Part shown: positions 10,555-21,201 of the stretch, one piece after another
How positions within the stretch are numbered: the stretch's first letter is position 1
How the letters are laid out: the number at the start of each line of letters is the position of its first letter
Origin: Candidatus Latescibacterota bacterium
GTDB taxonomy: Bacteria; Latescibacterota; CBDEFO01
Assembly: GCA_965248755.1 (NCBI GenBank)
Contig: OZ252149.1
Location: 1,984,001 to 2,048,000 of the forward strand
Length of the DNA stretch: 64,000 bases
Direction: 5' to 3'
Notes under the pieces: generated by a model
Database searches by the model: none
What the model was told of the DNA's origin: nothing
The model's input: only the letters and a program-made list of their open reading frames with translations
Position numbers and translations under genes: made by a program

Positions 10555-11322
10555 ATGAGACTTAAAGACAAAGTAGCTATCATAACTGGGGCAGCTTCGG
10601 GAATCGGAAGAGCGTCAGCACAGCTATTCGCAAAGGAGGGAGCAAGTGTTGTCGCAGTTGACTTAAACGAAGAGGGCGGTAAAGAGACTGTGGAGTCCAT
10701 CGCAAGAATAGGCGGCCAAGCCGTATTCCTCAAGTCGGATGTCTCCAGATCCCAGGACTCCAGGAATATGATAGACACAGCCGTAGATCGGTACGGCGGT
10801 CTGGACGTGCTCTTCAACAACGCGGGCACAGCGGTCTTCAAGAGCCTGTTAGATCACGAGGAGGAGGACTGGGACAGGGTCCTGAACGTCAATTTAAAAG
10901 CTGTATTTTTAGCCTCTAAATACGCCGTCCCTCACATGCTCAAGCGGCAAGGCGGCTCGATAATAAATACGGCGTCTGTGCACGGCTTCGCCACAGGCAC
11001 GCACGCTACTTCCTACGCTGCCTCGAAATCAGGCATCATCGGACTTACAAGGGCGATCGCATTAGAACATGCAAGGGACAATATAAGGGTGAACTGTATA
11101 TTGCCCGGAGCTGTCGAAACGCCTCTTATGAGAACCAATTTGAGAGCTGTGGGAGACGAGGAGGAACAGTTCGAGAACATATCACAAAGAGAACCCGTAG
11201 GCAGAGTGGGCAGACCTGATGAGATAGCCAAAGCCGCCCTCTTTTTAGCCTCAGACGAATCCTCGTTTGCTACAGGGGCGCCTTTTATTATAGACGGAGG
11301 CCTGCTCGCACAGCTCGTGTAA
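10555..11322 (+). CDS. short-chain dehydrogenase/reductase
   Basis: TGAASGIG, NNAG and YAASK motifs. Confidence 0.92.
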   Translation: MRLKDKVAIITGAASGIGRASAQLFAKEGASVVAVDLNEEGGKETVESIARIGGQAVFLKSDVSRSQDSRNMIDTAVDRYGGLDVLFNNAGTAVFKSLLDHEEEDWDRVLNVNLKAVFLASKYAVPHMLKRQGGSIINTASVHGFATGTHATSYAASKSGIIGLTRAIALEHARDNIRVNCILPGAVETPLMRTNLRAVGDEEEQFENISQREPVGRVGRPDEIAKAALFLASDESSFATGAPFIIDGGLLAQLV

Positions 11323-11445
11323 AGAATCGGTTTGTAAAGAATCGAAGCAAAAGAGACAGGACTCGGTTGTCTGGCGATCAGGGGGAAAGAGTTTTCCAGT
11401 TGTGTCTGAAATGTGTCATCTGATTAACACTAATACACTAGGAAG

Positions 11446-12546
11446 ATGTCCCAAGAACCTAAAATCAAATCCTCGTCCCAGCTGGCCATATCGTTCAGAA
11501 GACTGAGGCGGCATAGAGCGGCCACTGCAGGCGGAATTATTCTCGCTGTCCTCTACTTTTCCGCCATATTCGCCGACTTTATCGCCCCTTACCCTTATGA
11601 TCTTCAGCACAAAAGAAAACCTTATCATCCCCCAACGTCCATTCACTTTTTCAGAGGGGACGGAAGTTACAGCTTCAGGCCCTTTGTCTATGACTATAAA
11701 GTCGAATTCGATCCTCAGACATACGAAAGGATATACACGCCGCTAAAGGAATTATATATATACCTCTTCGTGAGGGGCGAGGAGCACGAAATTTTGGGAC
11801 TCATCCCCACTGCTTGGCACCTTTTCGGTCTGAAAGAAAAAGACAAAAGAATATTTCTAATGGGCAGCGACGTTCAGGGAAGAGACATTTTCTCAAGGAT
11901 CTTCTACGGAGGGAGAGTATCGTTATCAATCGGCATTGTAGGCGTTATTGTTTCATTTTCCATTGGAACCATAGTCGGAGGGATCTCAGGGTACTTCGGA
12001 GGACAGACTGACAATATACTAATGAGACTTGTTGAAGTGATAATGATGATCCCAGGGTTTTACCTCCTCCTTGCCTTGAGAGCCGTCTTCCCTCTTTCGC
12101 TCTCCTCTGTGCAAGTCTATCTTATGATCGTCATAATCCTGGGATTCATAGGCTGGGCAGGACTTGCAAGGGTCATAAGAGGACTCGTTCTTTCCATAAG
12201 GGAAAGAGAATACGTTCAGGGCGCCCAAGCCCTCGGAGCCGGCAACCTCAGAATCGTAGTCCGTCACATCTTGCCCAACACACTCTCGTACACCATCGTG
12301 GCAGCCACGCTGAGCATCCCCAGCTATATACTCGGAGAAGCGGCTCTGAGTCTTCTAGGCCTTGGCATAAGGGAACCCCAGGCAAGCTGGGGCAACATGC
12401 TCAGTGTAGCGATGAGCGCAAGCAACATCCAGCGTCACCCATGGATACTCATCCCAGGAGTGGTGATATTCATTACCATCACAGCCTTCAACTTTTTGGG
12501 AGACGGAGTAAGAGATGCCTTTGATCCCAAGGGGGAGATAAAATAA
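11446..12546 (+). CDS. oppC: peptide/nickel ABC transporter permease (OppC/DppC-like)
   Basis: [24 protein letters not shown]-like loop [25 protein letters not shown]. Confidence 0.88.
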   Translation: MSQEPKIKSSSQLAISFRRLRRHRAATAGGIILAVLYFSAIFADFIAPYPYDLQHKRKPYHPPTSIHFFRGDGSYSFRPFVYDYKVEFDPQTYERIYTPLKELYIYLFVRGEEHEILGLIPTAWHLFGLKEKDKRIFLMGSDVQGRDIFSRIFYGGRVSLSIGIVGVIVSFSIGTIVGGISGYFGGQTDNILMRLVEVIMMIPGFYLLLALRAVFPLSLSSVQVYLMIVIILGFIGWAGLARVIRGLVLSIREREYVQGAQALGAGNLRIVVRHILPNTLSYTIVAATLSIPSYILGEAALSLLGLGIREPQASWGNMLSVAMSASNIQRHPWILIPGVVIFITITAFNFLGDGVRDAFDPKGEIK

Positions 12547-12551
12547 ATGCA

Positions 12552-13556
12552 ATGAATGACTCACTCTTACAGGTAAAAGATCTAAAGACCTACTTCCATA
12601 CAGATGACGGAGTGGCTAAAGCCGTGGATGGAGTCAGCTTCGAAATAGCAAAGGGAGAGACTCTAGGCTTAGTTGGAGAGTCTGGTTGCGGGAAGAGCGT
12701 GACATCTCTTAGCATAATGAGGCTCATTCCCGATCCCCCTGGAAGAATTGAGGGAGGTGAGGTCATCTTCAAAGGCAGAGACTTACTGGGGATCAGCGAA
12801 GCCGAAATGAGAAAAGTCAGAGGGAATGATATCTCGATGATATTTCAAGAACCCATGACATCTCTTAATCCTGTTTTCACCTGCGGAAACCAGATAGCGG
12901 AGGCCATCATCCTCCATCAGGGGCTGAGCAAGAAAGGAGCCAGGGAAAAGAGCATAGAAATGTTAAAAATGGTGGGTATTTCTGCCCCTGAACAGAGAGT
13001 GGACGAATATCCCCATCAACTTTCGGGAGGAATGAGACAGAGGATAATGATAGCCATGGCGCTCTCCTGCAACCCCGGACTTCTGATCGCGGACGAACCC
13101 ACAACAGCCTTGGACGTGACGATTCAAGCCCAGATATTAGAACTCCTTGAACGACTTCAAGCAGAATTCCACATGGCTATATTGATAATCACGCACGATC
13201 TTGGAGTAATAGCCGAAGTTGCAGACAGAGTCGCCGTTATGTACGCCGGAAAGATCGTCGAATACACAGATGTCGAAGGAGTATTCAACGATCCGAAGCA
13301 CCCTTACACCATAGGACTCTTGGAATCCATCCCCAAACTCGGCCAGAAGAAAGAACGGCTCTTAGTTATCCCCGGCAGCGTGCCTGACGCGGCTGATTTC
13401 CCGTCCGGATGCAGGTTTAACCCCAGATGCAGCCTGGCAGACGAAAGGTGTAAAGTGGAAGAACCACCGCTCTTTAAGATCGGAGAAAACCACAGCGCGG
13501 CGTGTTGGAAAATAGAGGAAGTGGACAACCTCAAACAAGTAGCCAGCAAACAGTAG
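12552..13556 (+). CDS. oppD: peptide ABC transporter ATP-binding protein (OppD/DppD)
   Basis: [24 protein letters not shown] and C-terminal HPYT...GCRFNPRC. Confidence 0.93.
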   Translation: MNDSLLQVKDLKTYFHTDDGVAKAVDGVSFEIAKGETLGLVGESGCGKSVTSLSIMRLIPDPPGRIEGGEVIFKGRDLLGISEAEMRKVRGNDISMIFQEPMTSLNPVFTCGNQIAEAIILHQGLSKKGAREKSIEMLKMVGISAPEQRVDEYPHQLSGGMRQRIMIAMALSCNPGLLIADEPTTALDVTIQAQILELLERLQAEFHMAILIITHDLGVIAEVADRVAVMYAGKIVEYTDVEGVFNDPKHPYTIGLLESIPKLGQKKERLLVIPGSVPDAADFPSGCRFNPRCSLADERCKVEEPPLFKIGENHSAACWKIEEVDNLKQVASKQ

Positions 13557-13579
13557 CCCCCGATAGATTCAATCGGGGG
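13557..13579. repeat. family-A short palindrome (consensus copy)
   Basis: CCCCCGATAGATTCAATCGGGGG immediately after the oppD stop codon. Confidence 0.85.
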
Positions 13580-13605
13580 TAGACAGGGCACCTCACCCTT
13601 CCCTT

Positions 13606-13686
13606 GAGATTGCTTCGGGGCTTTGCCCCTCGCAATGACTAAGGCAAAAACAAGCAACGTCATTGTGAGCAAAGCAAAGCAATCTT
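13606..13686. repeat. family-B REP-like inverted pair (GAGATTGCTTCG...CGCAATGAC / GTCATTG...AGCAATCT)
   Basis: Two inverted units around a spacer; related units at about 14863 and at 20687-20732. Confidence 0.7.
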
Positions 13687-13722
13687 GTAGACAGTAGACA
13701 CTTCACCCCTTCTCCGTATAAT

Positions 13723-13771
13723 GTAGGAGCTGGGTTACCCAGCCCTTGGGGCGAGGGAACCTCGCCCCTAC
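13723..13771. repeat. family-C GTAG-type REP doublet (REPIN-like)
   Basis: GTAGGAGCTGGGTTACCCAGCCC..GGGGCGAGGGAACCTCGCCCCTAC; homologous to 45474-45521 and 20423-20451. Confidence 0.8.
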
Positions 13772-13820
13772 GAATACGCAGTCTACTTATGTTTGACTTG
13801 ATACTTAATACCCGAACCCT

Positions 13821-14807
13821 ATGGCAGAGAACCACACGATATTAGAGGTCAGCGACCTCAAGAAGTATTTCCCCATAAAAAAAGGCATTTTTTCCAGAAC
13901 TGTCGGTCACGTCAAAGCCGTAGACGGCGTATTCTTCTCTATTAAAAAGGGGGAGACATTAGGTCTTGTAGGCGAAAGCGGCTGCGGTAAGACTACGACG
14001 GGGAGACTCATCCTCAGACTCATAGACCCCACCCAGGGAAAAGTCACCTTCGACGGGGTGGACATATTCTCCCTTGAGAAAAGACAGATGAGAGCGATGC
14101 GCCGAAGGATGCAGATAATCTTCCAGGACCCGTACAGTTCCCTTAATCCCAGAATGACCGTGGGAGGTATGTTGAAGGAAGCCATAAAGATACACAAGCT
14201 TGTCCCCAAGGATGGGATAAAGGACCGAATAGCCGAACTGCTGAGGGTCGTAGGCCTTTCGCCCGACCATATACGGCGTTACCCTCACGAATTCAGCGGT
14301 GGACAGAGACAGAGGATAGGAATAGCCAGAGCCTTAGCTGTAAATCCCGACTTCATTATCGCGGACGAACCGGTCTCCGCCCTCGACGTCTCAATCCAGG
14401 CTCAGATACTCAACCTTCTGCAGGATCTCCAGGACCAATTTAACCTGACCTATCTTTTCATAGCGCACAACTTAAGCGTAGTAGAACACATATCCGCTAA
14501 AGTAGCCGTGATGTACCTTGGGCGCATCGTGGAAATGGCAGACCGCAAAGCCCTCTACGCATCGCCACAACATCCCTATACACAAGCCCTGATGTCCGCC
14601 ATCCCCGAACCAGTGCCGAAGAAGAAAAAAGACAGGACAGTCCTTACAGGAGACGTCCCGAGCCCTGCTGCCATACCCTCAGGATGCCCTTTCCATCCAA
14701 GATGTCCCGAAAGGATAGAGCAATGCAAAACTATAGTGCCCCAATTAAAGGACATAGGGGATGGACATCTTGTCTCCTGCATAAGGAGGGGGGAAAAGGC
14801 TGTGTGA
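13821..14807 (+). CDS. oppF: peptide ABC transporter ATP-binding protein (OppF/DppF)
   Basis: [42 protein letters not shown] and GCPFHPRC. Confidence 0.93.
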   Translation: MAENHTILEVSDLKKYFPIKKGIFSRTVGHVKAVDGVFFSIKKGETLGLVGESGCGKTTTGRLILRLIDPTQGKVTFDGVDIFSLEKRQMRAMRRRMQIIFQDPYSSLNPRMTVGGMLKEAIKIHKLVPKDGIKDRIAELLRVVGLSPDHIRRYPHEFSGGQRQRIGIARALAVNPDFIIADEPVSALDVSIQAQILNLLQDLQDQFNLTYLFIAHNLSVVEHISAKVAVMYLGRIVEMADRKALYASPQHPYTQALMSAIPEPVPKKKKDRTVLTGDVPSPAAIPSGCPFHPRCPERIEQCKTIVPQLKDIGDGHLVSCIRRGEKAV

Positions 14808-14881
14808 AACTGAGTGAAAACAGACAGTATAACAGACATTCTTGTCTGTACAGTAGACAGTTGAGATTACTTCGTCAGCCC

Positions 14882-14917
14882 TCCCCGATAGATTCAATCG
14901 GGGATTGAATCGGGGGG
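14882..14917. repeat. family-A short palindrome followed by an extra half-copy
   Basis: TCCCCGATAGATTCAATCGGGGA followed by TTGAATCGGGGGG. Confidence 0.8.
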
Positions 14918-15030
14918 AAATGCCTGACCCACCACACTTGGGGAAAGCCCTTACTGAATCTCTACAGACAGTAGACAGACCGATTTTGGGAACTTACAAA
15001 CCACTTAGGTGTCATTACACATTATGTAGT

Positions 15031-16656
15031 CCCCCATTCGCCATATTAGACCCGAAAAATGGTTGTCAAAGTCGCCAGAACATGTTATATTACAATAAAT
15101 AAGACTCATAAATGGCGGATAAATATTGATCATCCAGAGGGTGAAAGAATGAAAGTAGGTTTTGATGGAGGAATAAAGCTTGAATTTCATGGTGCAAAGG
15201 TGACATCAAACGGTGGACTTCTTGCGTATCGTGACCTTGATTACGCACTGGGATTATTTGATTCGGTATCAGCGGTTTTTACCGATAAACGCACAGGCCG
15301 TAATATCCAACATGATATATCTACTCTCCTGCGTCAATCGATATACAGCCGTCTTGCAGGATATGAAGATGTAAATGACGCCGAGCGATTATCCGTTGAT
15401 CCCGTCATGCGAGCGATTACCGGAAAGAAGGACAAAGGCAGGCAAGCTGCCAGCTCCAACACGATAGGACGTTTTGAAACTGATATACTGACTCAGCATG
15501 ACAATCTCAGAAACTTGTCAGATATCAATGGCAAGTGGGTTCAAAAAGCGATGAGTAAAACACAGCATCAACGAATCATTCTGGACATGGACAGTTCGGA
15601 GAGTCCGGTACATGGCCAGCAGGAAGGATCAGCTTACAACGGTCATTTCGGATGTACCTGTTTTCATCCAGTGTTCTGCTTCAATCAGTTCGGGGATTGT
15701 GAAGGAGTCCTACTTCGCTCTGGTAATGTTCACAGTGCTGATCGTTGGAAGGAAGTTCTGGAACCGATCGTCAAGAGATACGAGAGCAAGAAGAATAGGA
15801 AATACTTTCGAGGCGATGCTGCATTCGCAAAGCCTGAGATTTATGATTATCTGGAGGGAAACGGCTATTTGTATGCCATTCGGCTTCCCGCAAATGAGAT
15901 ACTCTATGAAAAGATACGATACCTGCTGACTCGGCCAGTTGGACGACCGCCGAGGAAACCGATTGTATCGTTATATGAATTTCAATATAAAGCGGCCAGT
16001 TGGGATCAATCGAGGCGAGTGGTCGCCAAGGTTGAATGGCACCAAGGGGAGTTATTCCCAAGAGTGGGATTTATCGTGACCAACATGAGCGCCAAGCCAG
16101 AAGGCGTGGTACACTTCTACAATGGCCGTGGCAGAGCTGAGCAGTGGATTAAGGAGGGCAAGTATGCTCTGAACTGGACCCGACTCTCATGCAAGCGTTT
16201 CGTCTCCAATCAGGTGAGGCTCTGGCTGTTTGTTCTGGCTTACAACTTGGGCAACTTCCTGCGACGTTTTGTTCTTCCGAAGAAAATCAAACACTGGTCA
16301 CTACGCAGCCTCCTCGTGAAATTTATCAAAATCGGAGCGAAGATTGTCAGACACAGCGGATATATTACGTTTCAAATGGCTGAGGTTGGGATAGACAAGA
16401 GGTTATTTGCCGAAATATTATCCCGGATTGAACGATTGCGATGTTATTCTGTTTAAACTGCCACATTTTTTTGTGAGTCGATGGAGAGGTGTCTCTAATT
16501 GGAGGATTTAAACACAAAGAAAGTGATAATTCAGAGGAAAATACTATTTTAATTGAAAAAAGTACTTGTTGAAAAATGTAAAAGTGGTAATATTAATTCA
16601 GAAACAAGAATGTATCGAAATATAATCCCTCATGAATGTGATATGGGGAATGTCGG
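15031..16656 (+). mobile_element. IS1380-family insertion sequence (about 1.63 kb)
   Basis: Imperfect terminal IRs: left CCCCCATTCGCCATATTA versus reverse complement of the right end CCGACATTCCCCATATCA (14/18). They flank a DDE transposase. No obvious target duplication. Confidence 0.85.
15149..16456 (+). CDS. IS1380-family DDE transposase (start may be slightly upstream)
   Basis: KLEFHGAKVTSNGGLL, AGYEDVNDA, ILDMDSSESPVHGQQEG, FRGDAAF, YNGRGRAEQWIKEGK and LAYNLGNFLR. Confidence 0.93.
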   Translation: MKVGFDGGIKLEFHGAKVTSNGGLLAYRDLDYALGLFDSVSAVFTDKRTGRNIQHDISTLLRQSIYSRLAGYEDVNDAERLSVDPVMRAITGKKDKGRQAASSNTIGRFETDILTQHDNLRNLSDINGKWVQKAMSKTQHQRIILDMDSSESPVHGQQEGSAYNGHFGCTCFHPVFCFNQFGDCEGVLLRSGNVHSADRWKEVLEPIVKRYESKKNRKYFRGDAAFAKPEIYDYLEGNGYLYAIRLPANEILYEKIRYLLTRPVGRPPRKPIVSLYEFQYKAASWDQSRRVVAKVEWHQGELFPRVGFIVTNMSAKPEGVVHFYNGRGRAEQWIKEGKYALNWTRLSCKRFVSNQVRLWLFVLAYNLGNFLRRFVLPKKIKHWSLRSLLVKFIKIGAKIVRHSGYITFQMAEVGIDKRLFAEILSRIERLRCYSV

Positions 16657-16662
16657 TTCTTA

Positions 16663-16836
16663 TGCCTTAACGTCGTTCCTATCGTCCTGCCGCCGCTACG
16701 CGAGCATATCGAGGACCTTCCCTTTTTCCTTGTCGATTACTTTATTGAGAAATACAATCAGGAGTTAGGTGGAAGGGTTAAGGGGGTATCGTCAGAGGTG
16801 ATGCAGGCATTTTTGTCCTACTCCTGGCCGGGTAAA
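16663..16836 (+). pseudogene. internal fragment of a sigma-54 (NtrC-family) AAA+ activator
   Basis: My translation: CLNVVPIVLPPLREHIEDLPFFLVDYFIEKYNQELGGRVKGVSSEVMQAFLSYSWPGK. It starts 6 bp after the IS right end and has no start codon. Confidence 0.8.
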
Positions 16837-16906
16837 TCCGGGGTAGTACCTCAAAACTGCCCTGCTGGGGCCAGCTTCATAAAGACAACCAAAAGGAGAT
16901 GCAAAA

Positions 16907-19900
16907 ATGCCAATTTGCCGTTCCATATTAAAGTCCTTAGGGGGGATATTCTTAGCTGTTCTGGTAATAGCGTCCCTATATACCCCCTCGGAAGCTCAGC
17001 TCAACCAGATAGAGACAGACCACTTCCGAATACTCTACAGGACCGGCACAGAGGGCACGGCAAGGAGAGTCGCAGAGGTAGCTGAAGAGGTCTTCGAGCC
17101 TATGGCGAGCGCCTTTAACTTCTACGACGATTTTTCCAGCCGCATCTACATCCTCATAATGGACAATACCGACAATTCAAACGGATATGCGGACTACAAC
17201 GCCGGCGTCATAGGGATCTGGGCGACAGGTATGGACTACGAGCTGAGAGGGACCCACAATTGGATAAGGCACGTGCTGACACACGAACTTGCCCACGTCC
17301 TATCTTTGAGAAAAGCCAGGAAGAACTGGTTCTTCAGATATGCACTTCTTCAGTGGCGGAGATCGGATAAAAACCCCGACATTAGTTTGAGCCTCCCCAT
17401 ATACCATCTGGCGACCCCGGGCTGGTTTGTGGAGGGCATAGCCCAGTTTGAGGACTACAAGATTGGCTACGATTCCTGGGATACACACAGAGACATGCTC
17501 CTGAGGATGGCGACTTTGGAGGACGATCTCCTCTCCTACAACGAGATGGGGATCTTTAGCAAAGATGGATTGCACTGGGAGATGATCTACAACCAGGGTT
17601 ACTCCTTTCTGCTTTACATACACGAAAGATTCGGAGAGGGGAAGGTGGAGGAGCTTGTGGAGAACGTCGGGATTTTGAACTTCAACTCATCCATAAGAAA
17701 GGTTACAGGAATGTCTGCCGGCGACCTCTATAAAGATTGGAAGAGGAGTCTGGAGAAGAAATACGGCGAGGTCGCAAGAAAGGTGCAGACCTCCGAAAGA
17801 GAAGGCGAAAAGATCATTGACGGCGGATACCTCGACTATTTTCCCAAATATTCACCCGACTCTAAGAAAATAGCTTACCTTTCCAACGAAGGAGAGGACT
17901 TCAGCTTCCTGAAGCTTAAGGTTCTTAACCTGGAGACCGGAAAACACAGGGTTATAATGGACAAATATAAGCGCGTTAACGGAGGATTTTCCTGGTCTCC
18001 CGATGGGGCAAACCTAATCTATACAAGATTCAAAAACAGCGGCTACCGCGACATTTTCATCTACGACCTTGAAGAGAAAAAGGAGAAGAGGATCAGCGCG
18101 AGACTGAGAGCTAAATATCCCGCTATATCCCCCGACGGGTCGAAAATAGCCTTTGTGAGGAACAGAGACGGCACCAACAACCTCGGCCTGATGGATGTAG
18201 ACGGCAAAAACATAGAATTCCTCACACACAACAACGACGCGACCCAATATTACAGCCCGCAGTGGTCCCCCGACGGAAAAAAGATCGCCTTTTCTGTGTT
18301 CAGAGGTGAGGACAGAGACATAGCTATCATAGATGCCGATGCCCCTACGTTCTCCAAAAAGGAGGCCAAAAAAGACGGAACATCCTTCCCCGACAGCGTG
18401 GCATATTCGGATAGCTCGGGCTTTGAGGCCATAATCAACAGCACAGCCGACGAGAGAGATCCCTGCTGGCTGCCTGACGGGAGCGGGCTCATCTACAGTT
18501 CGGATCAGGACGGCACCTTCAACATATACGAATACTCCCTTGAAAGCGGAGAGGTCCAAAAGATCTCCAACGTGGTTGGCGGGGCTTTCTGTCCCTCCAT
18601 TACTCACGACGGAGTGGAAATAGTCTATGCCGGATACCATGCTGCCGACTACAGCATCTATCGCCTGGAAAGAGACGGCTACGAAAAAGAAACAGACATC
18701 GCCTACGTAGCCGATAGGGACTACCAGAGTATATTCAACGGAGAAAAGCTGAGCAAGGAGTATAATATTGGAAAATACAGAGGGGATAGGTTCCTGTCCG
18801 GTTTTGTTCCTATCCTCTCCGTAACTCAGCCCTTCACCGGCGGCGACTTTGCGCCGAATGAGATTACCGGAGGTCTCTACACAAGCGTGGGAGATGTCAT
18901 CGGAAGAGACTTCTTGTCAGGGCAGGTTACCATAGGCAAGAACCTGAAGAGGCGCACTGGTATTAACACGGATTTCCGAATTTCCTATCGTATGGGACTC
19001 CCTCGAGTCCGTTCAGAACGTAAAGCGTTCGATCCGAGCCCCTTCGTCTACTTCCGCAACCTCACCCTTAACAGACTAATCGAATTCAGCGCTCCTCCGG
19101 ACACGCTGGCTCGCGTCTCCCCCTGGCCCTTCCCTATTGGCACCGACGATCCTGACTCTTCTGTTTTTATCCCTGATGCAAGTGGAGTCATCGTTTCTCC
19201 ACTGAAGGGTGACTTCACGTTCAAGAATAAATACAGAATCTTCTTTATAGGTTCCGATTTCAGGATCACTGGAAGGCAGTCCCTCTCATTTGGGTTTGCA
19301 AACCTGAGATTCACCGAAAGGCGCAGGGATGTAGATTTTGTCCGTGTGGTCGAGCCCCGTATCCTCCGCAGGGGCGCAGACGGAAGCGTCCAAGACATAA
19401 CCGATCAACTATCAGGTACTGCAAGGCATGACCTCACACACCAGACGGCGGATATATTCGGGGTCTCCGAGTCCGACGTAGATACTACGGTCAACTTCGA
19501 CGATATAGATGTCTACGGCGCCAAGGAGGACTTAGCATACTTCAAGAGCAACGATTTCACGGTATCCTGGAGGTATTTCAAGCGCAATCCCAAGAAGGAC
19601 TTCTTGATAAACCCCACAGGAAGGTCAATTCAGCTCAGTTTTACAAGGTTGCATTCCACTGTGGCCGATTCGCTGATAACGCTCAATTCAATTGACGGAA
19701 GGGCGGTTGACATCTTAGGATCCGACGAGACGAAATTAGGCATAAACCAGTACATGTTCAACTGGAACGAACGCATCGGACTTCCGGGAAGGACTACGTT
19801 CTCCCTTTGGAGCAGGATCAGATACAGGGACAAAGAGATAAAACAGCCTCCGCCTGCCGATAGTAGAAATCTCTTTGAAGGATTCTTCTTCTGGCCCTTG

Positions 19901-20332
19901 AGATTCTACCTGGGCGGTTGGGAGAACTTAAGAGGCTATCCCTACTTCACGCTCGAAGGGCCACAGGACTTCTTCACACGAGCCTCCTTCACCTTCCCCG
20001 TCTTCCAGAACATAAATACCCACTTCTGGAATATGCACTTTGATAAGCTCTACGCCACCGTTTTCTTCGACACAGGAGCCTCGTGGAACTTTGAGACGTT
20101 TGGCGAGCTTAGAGACAACATCAGATCAGAAGACTTTCTGACAGACGTGGGCCTGGAGATAAACATCCAGATGTTCACCTTCTACCGACTCCCCTTGAGA
20201 GCCTTCTTTATCGTAGCTCGCCCGCTTAACATGGATAGGGCCAAGAGGATAATCTCGGAGACTGACGGAACCCCTATTAATTTAATAGAGATTGATAGAT
20301 ACAGATACCTCTTTGGCATTAATTTCTTCTGA
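16907..20332 (+). CDS. secreted/outer-membrane protein: zincin-type peptidase domain + PD40/TolB-like propeller + Omp85-like C-terminal barrel
   Basis: Signal peptide; HELAH...WFVEGIA; repeated (W/Y)SPDG.KIA; C-terminal LGGWENLRGY, FFDTG and terminal YLFGINFF. Confidence 0.75.
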   Translation: MPICRSILKSLGGIFLAVLVIASLYTPSEAQLNQIETDHFRILYRTGTEGTARRVAEVAEEVFEPMASAFNFYDDFSSRIYILIMDNTDNSNGYADYNAGVIGIWATGMDYELRGTHNWIRHVLTHELAHVLSLRKARKNWFFRYALLQWRRSDKNPDISLSLPIYHLATPGWFVEGIAQFEDYKIGYDSWDTHRDMLLRMATLEDDLLSYNEMGIFSKDGLHWEMIYNQGYSFLLYIHERFGEGKVEELVENVGILNFNSSIRKVTGMSAGDLYKDWKRSLEKKYGEVARKVQTSEREGEKIIDGGYLDYFPKYSPDSKKIAYLSNEGEDFSFLKLKVLNLETGKHRVIMDKYKRVNGGFSWSPDGANLIYTRFKNSGYRDIFIYDLEEKKEKRISARLRAKYPAISPDGSKIAFVRNRDGTNNLGLMDVDGKNIEFLTHNNDATQYYSPQWSPDGKKIAFSVFRGEDRDIAIIDADAPTFSKKEAKKDGTSFPDSVAYSDSSGFEAIINSTADERDPCWLPDGSGLIYSSDQDGTFNIYEYSLESGEVQKISNVVGGAFCPSITHDGVEIVYAGYHAADYSIYRLERDGYEKETDIAYVADRDYQSIFNGEKLSKEYNIGKYRGDRFLSGFVPILSVTQPFTGGDFAPNEITGGLYTSVGDVIGRDFLSGQVTIGKNLKRRTGINTDFRISYRMGLPRVRSERKAFDPSPFVYFRNLTLNRLIEFSAPPDTLARVSPWPFPIGTDDPDSSVFIPDASGVIVSPLKGDFTFKNKYRIFFIGSDFRITGRQSLSFGFANLRFTERRRDVDFVRVVEPRILRRGADGSVQDITDQLSGTARHDLTHQTADIFGVSESDVDTTVNFDDIDVYGAKEDLAYFKSNDFTVSWRYFKRNPKKDFLINPTGRSIQLSFTRLHSTVADSLITLNSIDGRAVDILGSDETKLGINQYMFNWNERIGLPGRTTFSLWSRIRYRDKEIKQPPPADSRNLFEGFFFWPLRFYLGGWENLRGYPYFTLEGPQDFFTRASFTFPVFQNINTHFWNMHFDKLYATVFFDTGASWNFETFGELRDNIRSEDFLTDVGLEINIQMFTFYRLPLRAFFIVARPLNMDRAKRIISETDGTPINLIEIDRYRYLFGINFF

Positions 20333-20354
20333 TCCTGTCCCAAGATATGGATCG

Positions 20355-20391
20355 AAAATCCCTCAAGGAGTCGTCCTTGGGGGATTTTTTT
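20355..20391 (+). terminator. intrinsic terminator
   Basis: AAAATCCCTCAAGGA-GTCG-TCCTTGGGGGATTTTTTT hairpin with a T tail, downstream of the 16907..20332 gene. Confidence 0.8.
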
Positions 20392-20422
20392 GCCCTATAT
20401 TATACAGGGTCTACTGTCCACT

Positions 20423-20451
20423 GTAGGGCGAAGACGTGGGTTCGCCCCTAC
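20423..20451. repeat. family-C GTAG-type REP
   Basis: GTAGGGCGAAGACGTGGGTTCGCCCCTAC. Confidence 0.7.
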
Positions 20452-20471
20452 ATATATGGAGACGAATTTCC

Positions 20472-20500
20472 TTGACATATGGTGTTGATTTTTTTAGTTT
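20472..20500 (+). promoter_or_regulatory. sigma70-like promoter
   Basis: TTGACA-17 bp-TAGTTT upstream of the 20574/20768 gene run. Confidence 0.5.
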
Positions 20501-20573
20501 TCATTTGGTCTCAAGACTCTTGTAGATAAAACGGATTAGATTCTTTTCCCTCGCTGGAAGGTGAAGACGCCTG

Positions 20574-20700
20574 ATGAGCAGGAAAGATACAGACAAAACA
20601 CCATACTTGAAAAGACAGTTATTCGGTCTTGTGCTGGGGGTAGTGCTTTTTATCCTTATGCTTTCCACTCCGACGCCCCAGAGAATGTCGTCCGAAGCCC
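20574..20700 (+). pseudogene. N-terminal sliver of a membrane transporter (SLC13/DASS-like), broken at a family-B repeat
   Basis: MSRKDTDKTPYLKRQLFGLVLGVVLFILMLSTPTPQRMSSEA resembles the DASS first helix; the reading then runs into repeat DNA. Confidence 0.5.
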
Positions 20701-20732
20701 AGAGCGAAGCGAAGGGTCAGCGAAGCAATCTC
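20687..20732. repeat. family-B REP-like unit
   Basis: GTCGTCCGAAGCCCAGAGCGAAGCGAAGGGTCAGCGAAGCAATCTC. Confidence 0.6.
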
Positions 20733-20767
20733 AATATGATGGACCAGACGCTTAAGGAGGTCAGACT

Positions 20768-21157
20768 GTGGCACAAAATGGGGAGGCGCTTACCGAAGAA
20801 CAGATGAACGAAATCGTATTTTTTCAGTTAGTGGCTATGTTTCAAAGCGCAGCCATGCAGCAGCTGGGAAAACTTATGAATCCCGTAACTAACAAGATCG
20901 AAAAAGACCTCGAACAGGCCAAAAATTCTATAGACATACTCGGAATGCTCGAAGTCAAGACCGAAGGAAACCTGAGCGAAAAGGAAAAACAGTTCTTAGA
21001 ACACGTCCTCTTTGAGCTCAGAATGAACTACGTTGATGAAGTGGACAAGCTGAAAAAGGAAAAGACCGAAGATGAGAGAGAGGATGAGGAAAAGGACAAT
21101 GGAGAAGAGAGTCCAGAACAAACGGAAGGCGAAGGTGAAGGGGATACCCCATGTTAG
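20768..21157 (+). CDS. DUF1844-like protein
   Basis: AAMQQLGKLMNP...DLEQAKNSIDILGMLEVKTEGNLSEKE...LFELRMNYV. Confidence 0.8.
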   Translation: MAQNGEALTEEQMNEIVFFQLVAMFQSAAMQQLGKLMNPVTNKIEKDLEQAKNSIDILGMLEVKTEGNLSEKEKQFLEHVLFELRMNYVDEVDKLKKEKTEDEREDEEKDNGEESPEQTEGEGEGDTPC

Positions 21158-21201
21158 CCTCCACCTTTGCCTTTCTACTTTGAGAGGGGTGATGGGAGGA
21201 G

